Shown here one piece after another: positions 29,568 through 37,612 of a stretch of DNA of 38,355 nucleotides. The notes beneath the pieces were generated by a model that saw only the letters and a program-made list of their open reading frames with translations, was not told where the DNA came from and ran no database searches. The translations under genes were made by a program, and so were the position numbers. The number at the start of each line of letters is the position of its first letter. Position 1 is the first letter of the stretch. Origin of the DNA: Firmicutes bacterium UBA5473 (GTDB lineage: Bacteria > Bacillota > DTU084); the NCBI GenBank assembly GCA_002427165.1, contig DIQB01000014.1:6377-44731 (forward strand). Reading direction: 5' to 3'.

Positions 29568-30269
29568 ATGAAAAAAATTATTGCGATCGTGACTGTTTTA
29601 ATGACTGTTTTTATTAGCAATTCATTCGCTAAAGTGGATGATAATACTCTTCTATATTTAAGTTTTGATGAAGGAAAAGGAAAATTGGCAAGTGATGCAT
29701 CTAAGTATAAAAATGATGGGATGTTGTTAGGCGCAAAATGGGTTGATGGTAAGAGCGGTAGCGCTATTGGTTTAGATAAGATAGACAGTGTTGTTGAAAT
29801 TGCCAATACAGGTATTTTTGACTTTGGTTCAGATACTGATTTTACAATCGAATTTTGGCTTAAGGTAGATCCCTCATCTCATCCTAGATGGTATAACGTT
29901 TTCTCTACAGGAGGTACCAACACCAACACTACGAATCCTGGTGCAATTATTGGTCTAAGTAATAGTTTTAAGGTGTGTGTTAGATTTTCAGATGGCAATA
30001 ACAGAGTTGATTTGATAAGCAGAAAGTCATGGCTGAATGACGGTATGTGGCATCATATTGCTGTTGTGGCCAATAGAAAAGGGGATTCAATTCTGTTTAT
30101 AGATCAAAAAGAGGAAGCTAAAGATAATATTTCAGGCATAGGAAGTATAGACAATATAAGTTTCCCACTGCAACTTGGTGGCAAGTCGCATATAGAGGGT
30201 GATTTTAACATTTGTATTGACGAATTAAAGATATCAAATTCTATCCGGTTAATAAAGCCCAGTAGGTGA
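29568..30269 (+). CDS. Secreted LamG/concanavalin-A-like lectin-domain protein
   Basis: Signal peptide. YLSFDEGKG...D.S...NDG..G..WVDGK.G.A, DFTIEFW, DGMWHHIAVV, IDELKISN. Confidence 0.85.
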   Translation: MKKIIAIVTVLMTVFISNSFAKVDDNTLLYLSFDEGKGKLASDASKYKNDGMLLGAKWVDGKSGSAIGLDKIDSVVEIANTGIFDFGSDTDFTIEFWLKVDPSSHPRWYNVFSTGGTNTNTTNPGAIIGLSNSFKVCVRFSDGNNRVDLISRKSWLNDGMWHHIAVVANRKGDSILFIDQKEEAKDNISGIGSIDNISFPLQLGGKSHIEGDFNICIDELKISNSIRLIKPSR

Positions 30270-30439
30270 TTAATCATTAGGAATGTCAAAAGTATTATAA
30301 TCAAGATGTTTTTACTTTTTCCTTGAATAAAAACGGATATATAATAATGACCAATTTCTAGTGATTATGCATTTTATATTTCTGTTTCATATGGATAGGC
30401 CACTTTAATTTTCTAGGAACAATTGAGCTACCTATTGGC

Positions 30440-30487
30440 TTATATTACTATAAGGGGTGTTTTTTAACACCCTTTATAGTAATATAA
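30440..30487. repeat. 22-bp inverted repeat with a 4-nt loop
   Basis: TTATATTACTATAAGGGGTGTT-tttt-AACACCCTTTATAGTAATATAA, with one G/T mismatch. Confidence 0.9.
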
Positions 30488-30615
30488 CGGTGACTGAAAA
30501 GTGATGAAAGTTCATTAACAGGCAAAAGAGATAATTTTAGAATTTGAAGATCGCAAGAAAACTTCCCGCAGCATTAGGAAACTACCAACTTTCAGACGGT
30601 AGTAATTTAGTTGCA

Positions 30616-30773
30616 AGGTGTTCGTTAGCATCGGTTTGTCCTTAAAAGGTCGACAATGAGAAACTAATAGAGCCAACCTAGCTCCAGTCATGCAAATAAT
30701 GAGTTGAATAGCAAGAGAATAGAGATGCTCCTCTATAGCAGAATGAATCCCTATAAGAATATGGTCAATCCAA
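30616..30773. repeat. Degenerate ~155-bp direct repeat, copy 2 (partner at 10796-10949)
   Basis: AGGTGTTCGTTAGCATCGGTTT...TGCAAATAATGAGTTGAATAGCAAGAGAATAGAGATGCTCCTCTATAGCAGAATGAATCCCTATA...AATCCAA. Confidence 0.85.
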
Positions 30774-30880
30774 ATATTTATATGTAATGGATTGGGTTTT
30801 TGTGGTATAATTTATCTCGGAGCTGAAGGTAAAAGAATAGCACCCGAGATTTTTTAGATCAAACGAAAGGAGTTTGTTGA

Positions 30881-31567
30881 ATGAAGTTAATTAATAAAGG
30901 GAAAACAAAAGACGTATATGTTTTAGAGGATGGCAACTATCTTTTGAAGTTTAAAGATGATGTTACCGGGGAGAATGGTGTATTCGATCCGGGAGCAAAC
31001 ACCGTAGGCTTAACTATGGAAGGAGCTGGAAATGCAGCACTTCGCTTGACTACACACTTTTTCAAGGTATTAGAAGGCAAAGGAATTTCCACGCATTTTA
31101 TTGAGACAAATTTAGCCGAATCCACAATGACGGTAAAACAAGCAGAGTTATTCGGAGAAGGAATTGAAGTCATCTGCAGATATAGAGCAGTGGGAAGCTT
31201 TCTCCGTCGCTATGGAAAATACGTTGAAGAGGGACAACCCCTCGACGGCCTGGTAGAAATTACACTTAAAGATGACGAACGCAATGATCCCTTAATCACC
31301 AGCGATGCCCTACAGATGTTAGGAATCTTATCCGAGGATGAATATCGTATTTTGAAGAAGCTAACTTTGGAGATCTGTGAAGTTGTAAAAGCTGAACTAT
31401 CCCAAAAAGGTTTAGAGTTATATGACATTAAACTGGAGTTTGGCAGATTAGGAAAAAATAGGGAGATAGCTTTAATAGATGAAATTTCAGGAGGCAATAT
31501 GAGGGCATACAAGGACGGAGTATATATTGAACCCTTAAAGCTGGAAAAAATATTGCTAGGAGAATAA
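30881..31567 (+). CDS. purC: SAICAR synthetase (phosphoribosylaminoimidazolesuccinocarboxamide synthase), stand-alone
   Basis: GKTKDVY, FKDDVT, EVICRYRAVGSF, EITLKDD...DPLI, DIKLEFG, LIDEIS. AAAGGAG RBS and TGgTATAAT extended -10 at 30803-30811. Confidence 0.9.
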   Translation: MKLINKGKTKDVYVLEDGNYLLKFKDDVTGENGVFDPGANTVGLTMEGAGNAALRLTTHFFKVLEGKGISTHFIETNLAESTMTVKQAELFGEGIEVICRYRAVGSFLRRYGKYVEEGQPLDGLVEITLKDDERNDPLITSDALQMLGILSEDEYRILKKLTLEICEVVKAELSQKGLELYDIKLEFGRLGKNREIALIDEISGGNMRAYKDGVYIEPLKLEKILLGE

Positions 31568-31629
31568 TTTCGCAGGATTCAGTTTACAGGTGTTTTTGCT
31601 TTCGATGAAAAGCTAATTTAGCAAATCAT

Positions 31630-31662
31630 GGGCTTGTCTTGGGAAGAGACAGCCCTTTTTTT
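31630..31662 (+). terminator. Rho-independent terminator after purC
   Basis: GGGCTTGTCTT-gggaa-GAGACAGCCC followed by a T-tract. Confidence 0.7.
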
Positions 31663-31830
31663 GTGTCTATCTCCAGTCAACTTTCCAAAGAGGTCTAGAT
31701 ATTTATAACATTTCTAGTTATCCTCTAGAAATAGTGCTATATTTCTCGATTTGCTCCATATACACACACCTTCTTAACCTCTATAATTAAAGTAGGAATA
31801 ATTCATTAATTACTCAGGGAGGGGAGAAGA

Positions 31831-32697
31831 TTGAGAAAAGCAATTAGCTATTGGTCTTTTCCAGGAGGGCTGGAGGGTACGGCGGATATCAAAGAGTGCC
31901 TCCAGAAGGCAAAGAACCTCGGCTACGAGGGAGTGGAGCTTGGTGTTTATTATCAGGGAACTATCAACACCGAGTCTACAAAAGAGGATATGGAGCAAAT
32001 CTTGCGCGATGCTGAAGAGATTGGGATTGAAATCTCAGGCCTTGCCTCTGTAGAGTTTTGGGGTACAAACTTCACAAGTCAAAAGCTTGAGGATGTAGAG
32101 CGGGGAAGAACACTTATTGAAAAAATGCTGGAGCTTGGTTCCTACCTTAATCTTGATGGTGTTTTAGTGATTCCTGGCGCTGTTGACATTTTCTTCGATC
32201 CTGCAGCTCCCGTTGTTCCGTATGACGTGGCATATAACAAATGTCTTGAGGGAATTCGCAGTCTGGTGCCGGTGGCAGAGAAATATAAAGTCTCCATCGC
32301 CATCGAAAACGTTTGGAACAAACTTTTTTTAAGTCCAATTGAACTGAAAAATTTTATCGACGAGATCGGCAGCGAATATGTTGGCGTCTACTTCGACATT
32401 GGCAATGCCATGCAAAACGGGTATCCAGAGCATTGGATTAGAATTTTAGGCGATCGAATCAAAAAAGTTCACTTCAAAGACTACAGACGATCTGCCGGGG
32501 CAGATGCAGGCTTCGTTGATCTACTGGAAGGTGATGTAAACTGGCCTGAGGTAATAGCAGCCCTCGAGGAAGTTGGCTATAGGGGCTGGGCAACAGCGGA
32601 GATGATTCCACTCTACCAGCATTACCCGGAAGTAAGACTTGCCAATACCTCTAGGGCCTTAGATAAAATCTTAGCAAACAGAGGAGGAGGAAAATGA
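31831..32697 (+). CDS. Sugar phosphate isomerase/epimerase (xylose-isomerase-like TIM barrel)
   Basis: GYEGVEL, IAIENVWNKLFLSP, YFDIGN, VHFKD, LLEGDVNW...GYRGW.TAE. Confidence 0.88.
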   Translation: MRKAISYWSFPGGLEGTADIKECLQKAKNLGYEGVELGVYYQGTINTESTKEDMEQILRDAEEIGIEISGLASVEFWGTNFTSQKLEDVERGRTLIEKMLELGSYLNLDGVLVIPGAVDIFFDPAAPVVPYDVAYNKCLEGIRSLVPVAEKYKVSIAIENVWNKLFLSPIELKNFIDEIGSEYVGVYFDIGNAMQNGYPEHWIRILGDRIKKVHFKDYRRSAGADAGFVDLLEGDVNWPEVIAALEEVGYRGWATAEMIPLYQHYPEVRLANTSRALDKILANRGGGK

Positions 32698-33704
32698 TTC
32701 GCGTAGGACTTATCGGTGCGGGCTTTATGGGCTCTATGCACAGTAACGTCTACGGGCTCATCCCCGATGCAAAGCTAGTTGCAGTTTGCGATCTAGATCG
32801 AAAGAGAGCAGAGGAGCTGGCCCAAAGCCATGGCGCCAAAGTATATACAGATGCTGATGAACTTTTGCACGATGATGCACTCAACTTAGATCTAGTTGAT
32901 ATTTGCTTGCCCACATTACTCCATACTGAATATGCCCTGAAAGCTGCGAAGCTCGGGTTTAATATTCTCTGCGAAAAACCATTCACATTGGACCTTGAGT
33001 CTGCTGATCAGATTATCGCGGCTACAGAGGAGGCCCAAGTTGAGATCATGGTGGGCCAATGCATCCGCTTTTGGCCTGAATATCAGTATTTGAAAGAGGC
33101 TGTCGAGAAGAAAACATTTGGTGAAGTTCAGGGAGCATGGTTCTCAAGACTCAGTCCCCTACCTACCTGGGGCTGGGAGAATTGGCTCTTGGATCCTGCA
33201 AGATCCGGTGGTGCTGCTTTTGATATGCATATCCACGACACAGATTTTATTCTTTATTTATTGGGCAAGCCCCAGGCCGTCACAAGCCGCGGGGTTATAG
33301 ACCAGTATGGAATGAGCCATATCTCCACCCAATACCAATACGATGATCTAATGGTGGTAGGGGAGTGCGGCTGGAACTATCCTCAATCCTTCCCCTTTAA
33401 AATGCAATATCGCGTTATTTGCCAGCAGGCTGTAATCTCATTTGACGGCACAGACCTTGTAGTTTACCCCTATGATGCAGACGCCTACAAAGTTGAGCTA
33501 GCAAAAGAGGCAACAGAAGGGGGTGCCTCCAGTGGCAATATCTCAGATCTGGGCGGATATTTCAACGAGATTAAATACTACATTGATTGTCTTTCACAAA
33601 ACCAATCACCCCAGACTGTTACTGCAGAATCTGCAAAACAGAGTGTTGCAGTAACGTTGGCAGAACTGGAATCGGTAAAAACGGGAATAACCATCATTCT
33701 ATAA
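32694..33704 (+). CDS. Gfo/Idh/MocA-family oxidoreductase
   Basis: GLIGAGFMG, CEKP, RFWPEY, DMHIHDTD. Confidence 0.92.
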   Translation: MIRVGLIGAGFMGSMHSNVYGLIPDAKLVAVCDLDRKRAEELAQSHGAKVYTDADELLHDDALNLDLVDICLPTLLHTEYALKAAKLGFNILCEKPFTLDLESADQIIAATEEAQVEIMVGQCIRFWPEYQYLKEAVEKKTFGEVQGAWFSRLSPLPTWGWENWLLDPARSGGAAFDMHIHDTDFILYLLGKPQAVTSRGVIDQYGMSHISTQYQYDDLMVVGECGWNYPQSFPFKMQYRVICQQAVISFDGTDLVVYPYDADAYKVELAKEATEGGASSGNISDLGGYFNEIKYYIDCLSQNQSPQTVTAESAKQSVAVTLAELESVKTGITIIL

Positions 33705-33719
33705 AACTGGAGCGAGAAA

Positions 33720-34745
33720 ATGCAATCCATTAAAATTGGTCTTTTGGGCGCAGGCACAGTGGCAGAATACGGCCATCTGCCTGCGCTCTCCTCTATGGAG
33801 GGGGCAGAGGTTGTGGCAATCGCTGATCTGGATCCTCAGCGTGCCGAAAAACTCGCGAACTGCTACAGCATCCCCAAAGTTTACGACAATTACCAAGATC
33901 TTCTTGCCTTGCCACAATTGGATGCCGTTGTTGTGGCCACACCGGTGGAGACCCATAAAAAGATTGTGATGGCCGCAGCAAAGCGCAACGTGCATGTACT
34001 ATGCGAAAAGCCCATTGCCCCCTCTCCGGAGGAAGGCCGACAAATGACAGAGGCCATGGAGGAGCGAGGACTGGTCTTTGCCATCAATTTCCTTTTACGC
34101 TTCTCAGAGCCTTTGGTGACAATGAAAAAGTGGGTTGAGGCAGGGAAGATTGGTAAAATAGTGGTTATGCGCCTTATCTTCAACTCAGCGGGGCCCGGCT
34201 GGAGGAGCAAAGAGCGCCTCGATGCACTGATGACTAAGGGAGGAGGCCCAATCTTCGATTGCGGTGTCCACTATTTTGATCTTGCCCGCTGGTTTACAGG
34301 CAGCGAGTTTTACCAGATTCAAGCCCGGGGTGCATTCTTGCGAGGATATCCCAATCCAGATCATGTACTTTGCACCTGCCGGCTCACAGATGGCACGATA
34401 GCCTTAATTGAAGAAAGCTGGATCTATACCCTAGGCTCTCGTGAGTCCCGGCGCTATCGCTGTTATGAGCTGATAGGGGAGCGGGGCACCATCGCCTATA
34501 ACACAGACACAGCTGAGCTTGTGCTCTTTACGGAAGACAAGCCTGTTAGAATTCATATTCCCCCTGAAAAAAAGGCCTTCTGTGAGGTTTACGAACAATT
34601 TTTCGCCTGCATCAAACAGGGCAGCTCAGTCGGCATCCCTTCGGGTCTTGAGGGAGTGCGGGCAGTGGAAGCAGCAAAGGCGGCTCTCGATGCAATAGAA
34701 AGAGACTGTGGAAAACAGATAGGGTGTCTTGCGGCGAATATTTAG
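33720..34745 (+). CDS. Gfo/Idh/MocA-family oxidoreductase
   Basis: GLLGAG, HVLCEKP, GGGPIFDCGVHYFD. Confidence 0.92.
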   Translation: MQSIKIGLLGAGTVAEYGHLPALSSMEGAEVVAIADLDPQRAEKLANCYSIPKVYDNYQDLLALPQLDAVVVATPVETHKKIVMAAAKRNVHVLCEKPIAPSPEEGRQMTEAMEERGLVFAINFLLRFSEPLVTMKKWVEAGKIGKIVVMRLIFNSAGPGWRSKERLDALMTKGGGPIFDCGVHYFDLARWFTGSEFYQIQARGAFLRGYPNPDHVLCTCRLTDGTIALIEESWIYTLGSRESRRYRCYELIGERGTIAYNTDTAELVLFTEDKPVRIHIPPEKKAFCEVYEQFFACIKQGSSVGIPSGLEGVRAVEAAKAALDAIERDCGKQIGCLAANI

Positions 34746-34772
34746 GGTAGACTGGAAGCTTTATATACTCTT

Positions 34773-34810
34773 AGAGCTGTTCAAAAGAACAGCTCTTTTG
34801 ATTTATTTTT
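34773..34810 (+). terminator. Rho-independent terminator
   Basis: AGAGCTGTTC-aaaa-GAACAGCTCT followed by T-rich sequence. Confidence 0.8.
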
Positions 34811-34811
34811 C

Positions 34812-34865
34812 TTGAAGTTTACCACTTTTCAGGGTATAATCAAAACTAGGTTGCAACGATTGTGA
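34812..34865 (+). promoter_or_regulatory. Sigma-A promoter with a downstream LacI-like operator
   Basis: TTGAAG-N17-TATAAT (34812-34840) and TTGCAACGATTGTGA (34851-34865). Confidence 0.6.
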
Positions 34866-34879
34866 TAAGGAGTGAAAAA

Positions 34880-35351
34880 ATGGCAAACCCCAAAATCCTT
34901 CCCCCTGAAAATATGCCCCAAGGAATGTTATGGGCACTACTTGGCTCGTTCTTCGGTAGTACAGTTTTTATCGTCTCCAATGCTATTGATCCCATTTCGA
35001 TGTCCACAATCCGTTTTCTAGGCGGGCTGCAGCTGCTATTTTTGTTTCAGTTTCAATCAACAGCCTTTATTAACTGGTCCCTGGCCCTGGTTACTCTATA
35101 TTGCGGTATGTGCAATCGCTTTGGTCTTTTTGGCTTGGTACAAAGCCATGGAACGCCTATCTTGGCCCCTACTGAATATTGTACAATGTCTTACTCCGGT
35201 TTTCGCCATTATCCTCGCCGTAGTGTTCCTGGCCGAGCATCTAGATTGGCTAAAAGTTAGCGGCGCTGTTTTGGTAGTTTTTGGTATTATTATTGCCGGC
35301 CGCATCCCGAAAAAGACGGTATCTCCAATGGCTGCGAGGGGTCTGCACTGA
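34880..35351 (+). pseudogene. EamA/DMT-family transporter, internally deleted and frameshifted
   Basis: N-terminal piece (GMLWALLG...IDPISMSTIRF) and C-terminal piece in another frame (FLAWYKAM...LTPVFAIILAVVFLAE.L...KVSGAVLVVFGII). Total length is about half of a two-repeat EamA protein. Confidence 0.7.
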
Positions 35352-35434
35352 AATTATTTTCTACAGGCTGTTTGCCTAACAAATTTAATCGGGGGACCTG
35401 GTTTAAAACCTACAGGCAGGAAGGAGAAACAATT

Positions 35435-37375
35435 ATGTTCTTAAAAAACTCAAGCCTTAGTGTAGAAATTTCCGATGGCGGTACTCTCAGACTATGCAAT
35501 TATCGGGATCTAGTCTTTGAGCTTGCCTTGTTGCCTTTAGATTGTGGATTTGAACAACTATTTCCCTATAGAAAATTCACCAAGGTGTCTTTAGGGCTCA
35601 AACCTGGTCCGGGGGTGGCCACACAGGAGGCAAACAGACTTATTTTTACAAAATCTGCTGGAAACCTTCAGATAAAGCAAACAATAACGCTACAGAGCAA
35701 TAAGTGTGTGATCAAAAGTGAGTTTTCACTAGGAGATGGAACTCATCCTCGAACCTTAAATCTTTTGGCTTTTTCCCCAGCTCAACTAAAAAAATCACAA
35801 ATTTTAATTTCAGGTGGCACTATGGGCGGAGTAGCTATTAAGTCAGGAGAAGATTTTGTAGAGGGTGATCTATCCAAAGCTTTAATGGCAATCCAGACTG
35901 AACAAGGAGCAATTTTACTAAATTCTACTGTTGGCTCTCCGTATCCTCTGCAATTGGGCTATTTTTCAGGCTTATTTCAAGGAATGGTCTCGCTGCCTCC
36001 TCTTCTTCCCAAATCACCGATTGCTATTGGAGAAATAGAACTTAGTCTAGGCGCTGATGCACAAATAATGTTGGAGGAATTTGCAAGTCTCACAGGTAAA
36101 ACAAAAAAAATTCGCTCCTCTCCAAAGGCCTGGAATAGTTGGGATTTCTATCATAGTAGCATTAGCCACAAGAAGATTATAGAAAATGCACAAGCGATAG
36201 CTACCAAAAATGTCCTAGCAAACAATATTGAATATGTTGTAATGGATATGGGTTGGGAAATTCGTCACGGCGAATGGGAAGCTGATTGCAATTTCCCACA
36301 TGGTATGGAACAAATAGCGAAAGATATTATGGCTACAGGGAGAAAACCCGGACTGTGGTTTGCACCAATAATTATTGATCCGGAATGTAATGTATTTCAG
36401 GATAACTATGATTTTGTGGGCAAGAACAACCATGGTTTCCCTGATCGGACCTATGAATGTTGTGGTTTGTTTGGTTACATCTTAGATGTAACCCGCGAGG
36501 AAGGGGCAAATTATCTCCGTGACTTGTTTAAAAAGTTTAGAAAGATGGGCTATAGCTATTTTAAGTTAGATTTTTTACGCTATATGATGTATGTAGAGCG
36601 GTTTTCCGATGGCACTTTATCTAACGTGGAGGTTATGCAAAAAGCATTGCAATTAATTCGTGAGGGAGCAGGGGAAGATGCGTATATTTTAGCATGCAAC
36701 CTCCCTTTTGAAGTCGGCCCTGGTTATTGCGACGCTTGCCGTGTCTCCAAAGATGTTGCGATCTTCTGGGATTCTTTGAAGACGAATGCCGAATCTATCT
36801 GCGCTTCTTATTTTTTCAACAATAATTGGTGGACTAATGATCCTGATTTTTTTGTTGTCAGGGGAAGGGAAACAGCCAATGCCAATTTGCCTCTCTATCG
36901 CACCTGGTGGTTTCCTAGAGCAGACGAATTTGCTGAGCATGCAGTTTTTTTTAAGGAAAGACATGATCCCAACTCTACGATCTCTTACTCTGAAGCACAA
37001 ACATATGCATCCTTGGTACTGATGTTAGGTGGTGCAATCATTTTAGGCGATCCGATTATGCATCTCAATAAGAAAGGCCTTGGTCTTTTAGAAAAGGTAT
37101 TAACTGCTGAAACTGCTCCCGGTCGCCCCTTAAATCTTTTTCAAGACAAGCTAGCTAAAGTTTGGCTGCAGAAATTATCCTCTGGTTTAAGGGTTGCGCT
37201 GTTTAATTGGGAAGATGAACCTCAAGTTATTGTGCTCGACGTAAAAGAGCTAGGTTTAGAAAATGAATGCAAAGCGCGTAACTTTTGGACAGATGAACAA
37301 GTAGAACTCAAGGAGAGTTCAGAGTTTCTACTTCATCCCCGTTCAGCTTTAGTTTTTGAATTAAACAGGGGGTAG
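35435..37375 (+). CDS. Clan GH-D glycoside hydrolase (GH36/GH27 alpha-galactosidase-like)
   Basis: WNSWDFY, DMGW, FPHGM, PGLWFAP, YFKLDF (nucleophile), CRVSKD (acid/base), WTNDPD and a C-terminal VALFNW beta-domain. AAGGAG RBS. Confidence 0.85.
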   Translation: MFLKNSSLSVEISDGGTLRLCNYRDLVFELALLPLDCGFEQLFPYRKFTKVSLGLKPGPGVATQEANRLIFTKSAGNLQIKQTITLQSNKCVIKSEFSLGDGTHPRTLNLLAFSPAQLKKSQILISGGTMGGVAIKSGEDFVEGDLSKALMAIQTEQGAILLNSTVGSPYPLQLGYFSGLFQGMVSLPPLLPKSPIAIGEIELSLGADAQIMLEEFASLTGKTKKIRSSPKAWNSWDFYHSSISHKKIIENAQAIATKNVLANNIEYVVMDMGWEIRHGEWEADCNFPHGMEQIAKDIMATGRKPGLWFAPIIIDPECNVFQDNYDFVGKNNHGFPDRTYECCGLFGYILDVTREEGANYLRDLFKKFRKMGYSYFKLDFLRYMMYVERFSDGTLSNVEVMQKALQLIREGAGEDAYILACNLPFEVGPGYCDACRVSKDVAIFWDSLKTNAESICASYFFNNNWWTNDPDFFVVRGRETANANLPLYRTWWFPRADEFAEHAVFFKERHDPNSTISYSEAQTYASLVLMLGGAIILGDPIMHLNKKGLGLLEKVLTAETAPGRPLNLFQDKLAKVWLQKLSSGLRVALFNWEDEPQVIVLDVKELGLENECKARNFWTDEQVELKESSEFLLHPRSALVFELNRG

Positions 37376-37425
37376 GCAATAGAAGAGAATATGATTTAAA
37401 GATAGCTCCTATAGCTGGGGCACCG

Positions 37426-37566
37426 CTTTTGCCAGCATCAAACATGATTCAGTCGGTATCCCTTCGGATCTTTAGGGAGTGCGGCAGTGGAGGCAGCAAA
37501 AGCGGCTCCCTATGCTATTGAAACTGTGGAAAACAGGAACTGAGGGGTTATGCGGCGAATAGTTAA
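37426..37566 (+). repeat. Degenerate duplicate of the 3' ~145 bp of the Gfo/Idh/MocA gene (34600-34745)
   Basis: GCATCAAACA..TCAGTCGGTATCCCTTCGGATCTTTAGGGAGTGCGG.CAGTGGAGGCAGCAAAAGCGGCTC...ACTGTGGAAAACAG...TGCGGCGAATA matches 34609-34740, with indels and a stop. Confidence 0.88.
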
Positions 37567-37612
37567 CATGAATATTACTGCAAGCTTTTGCAACTTCCAG
37601 GAGGAAGCGATC

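Noticed and set aside
30780-30880. Purine, ZTP or PRPP riboswitch upstream of purC
   Set aside because: The leader is too short and lacks the conserved cores of those aptamers.
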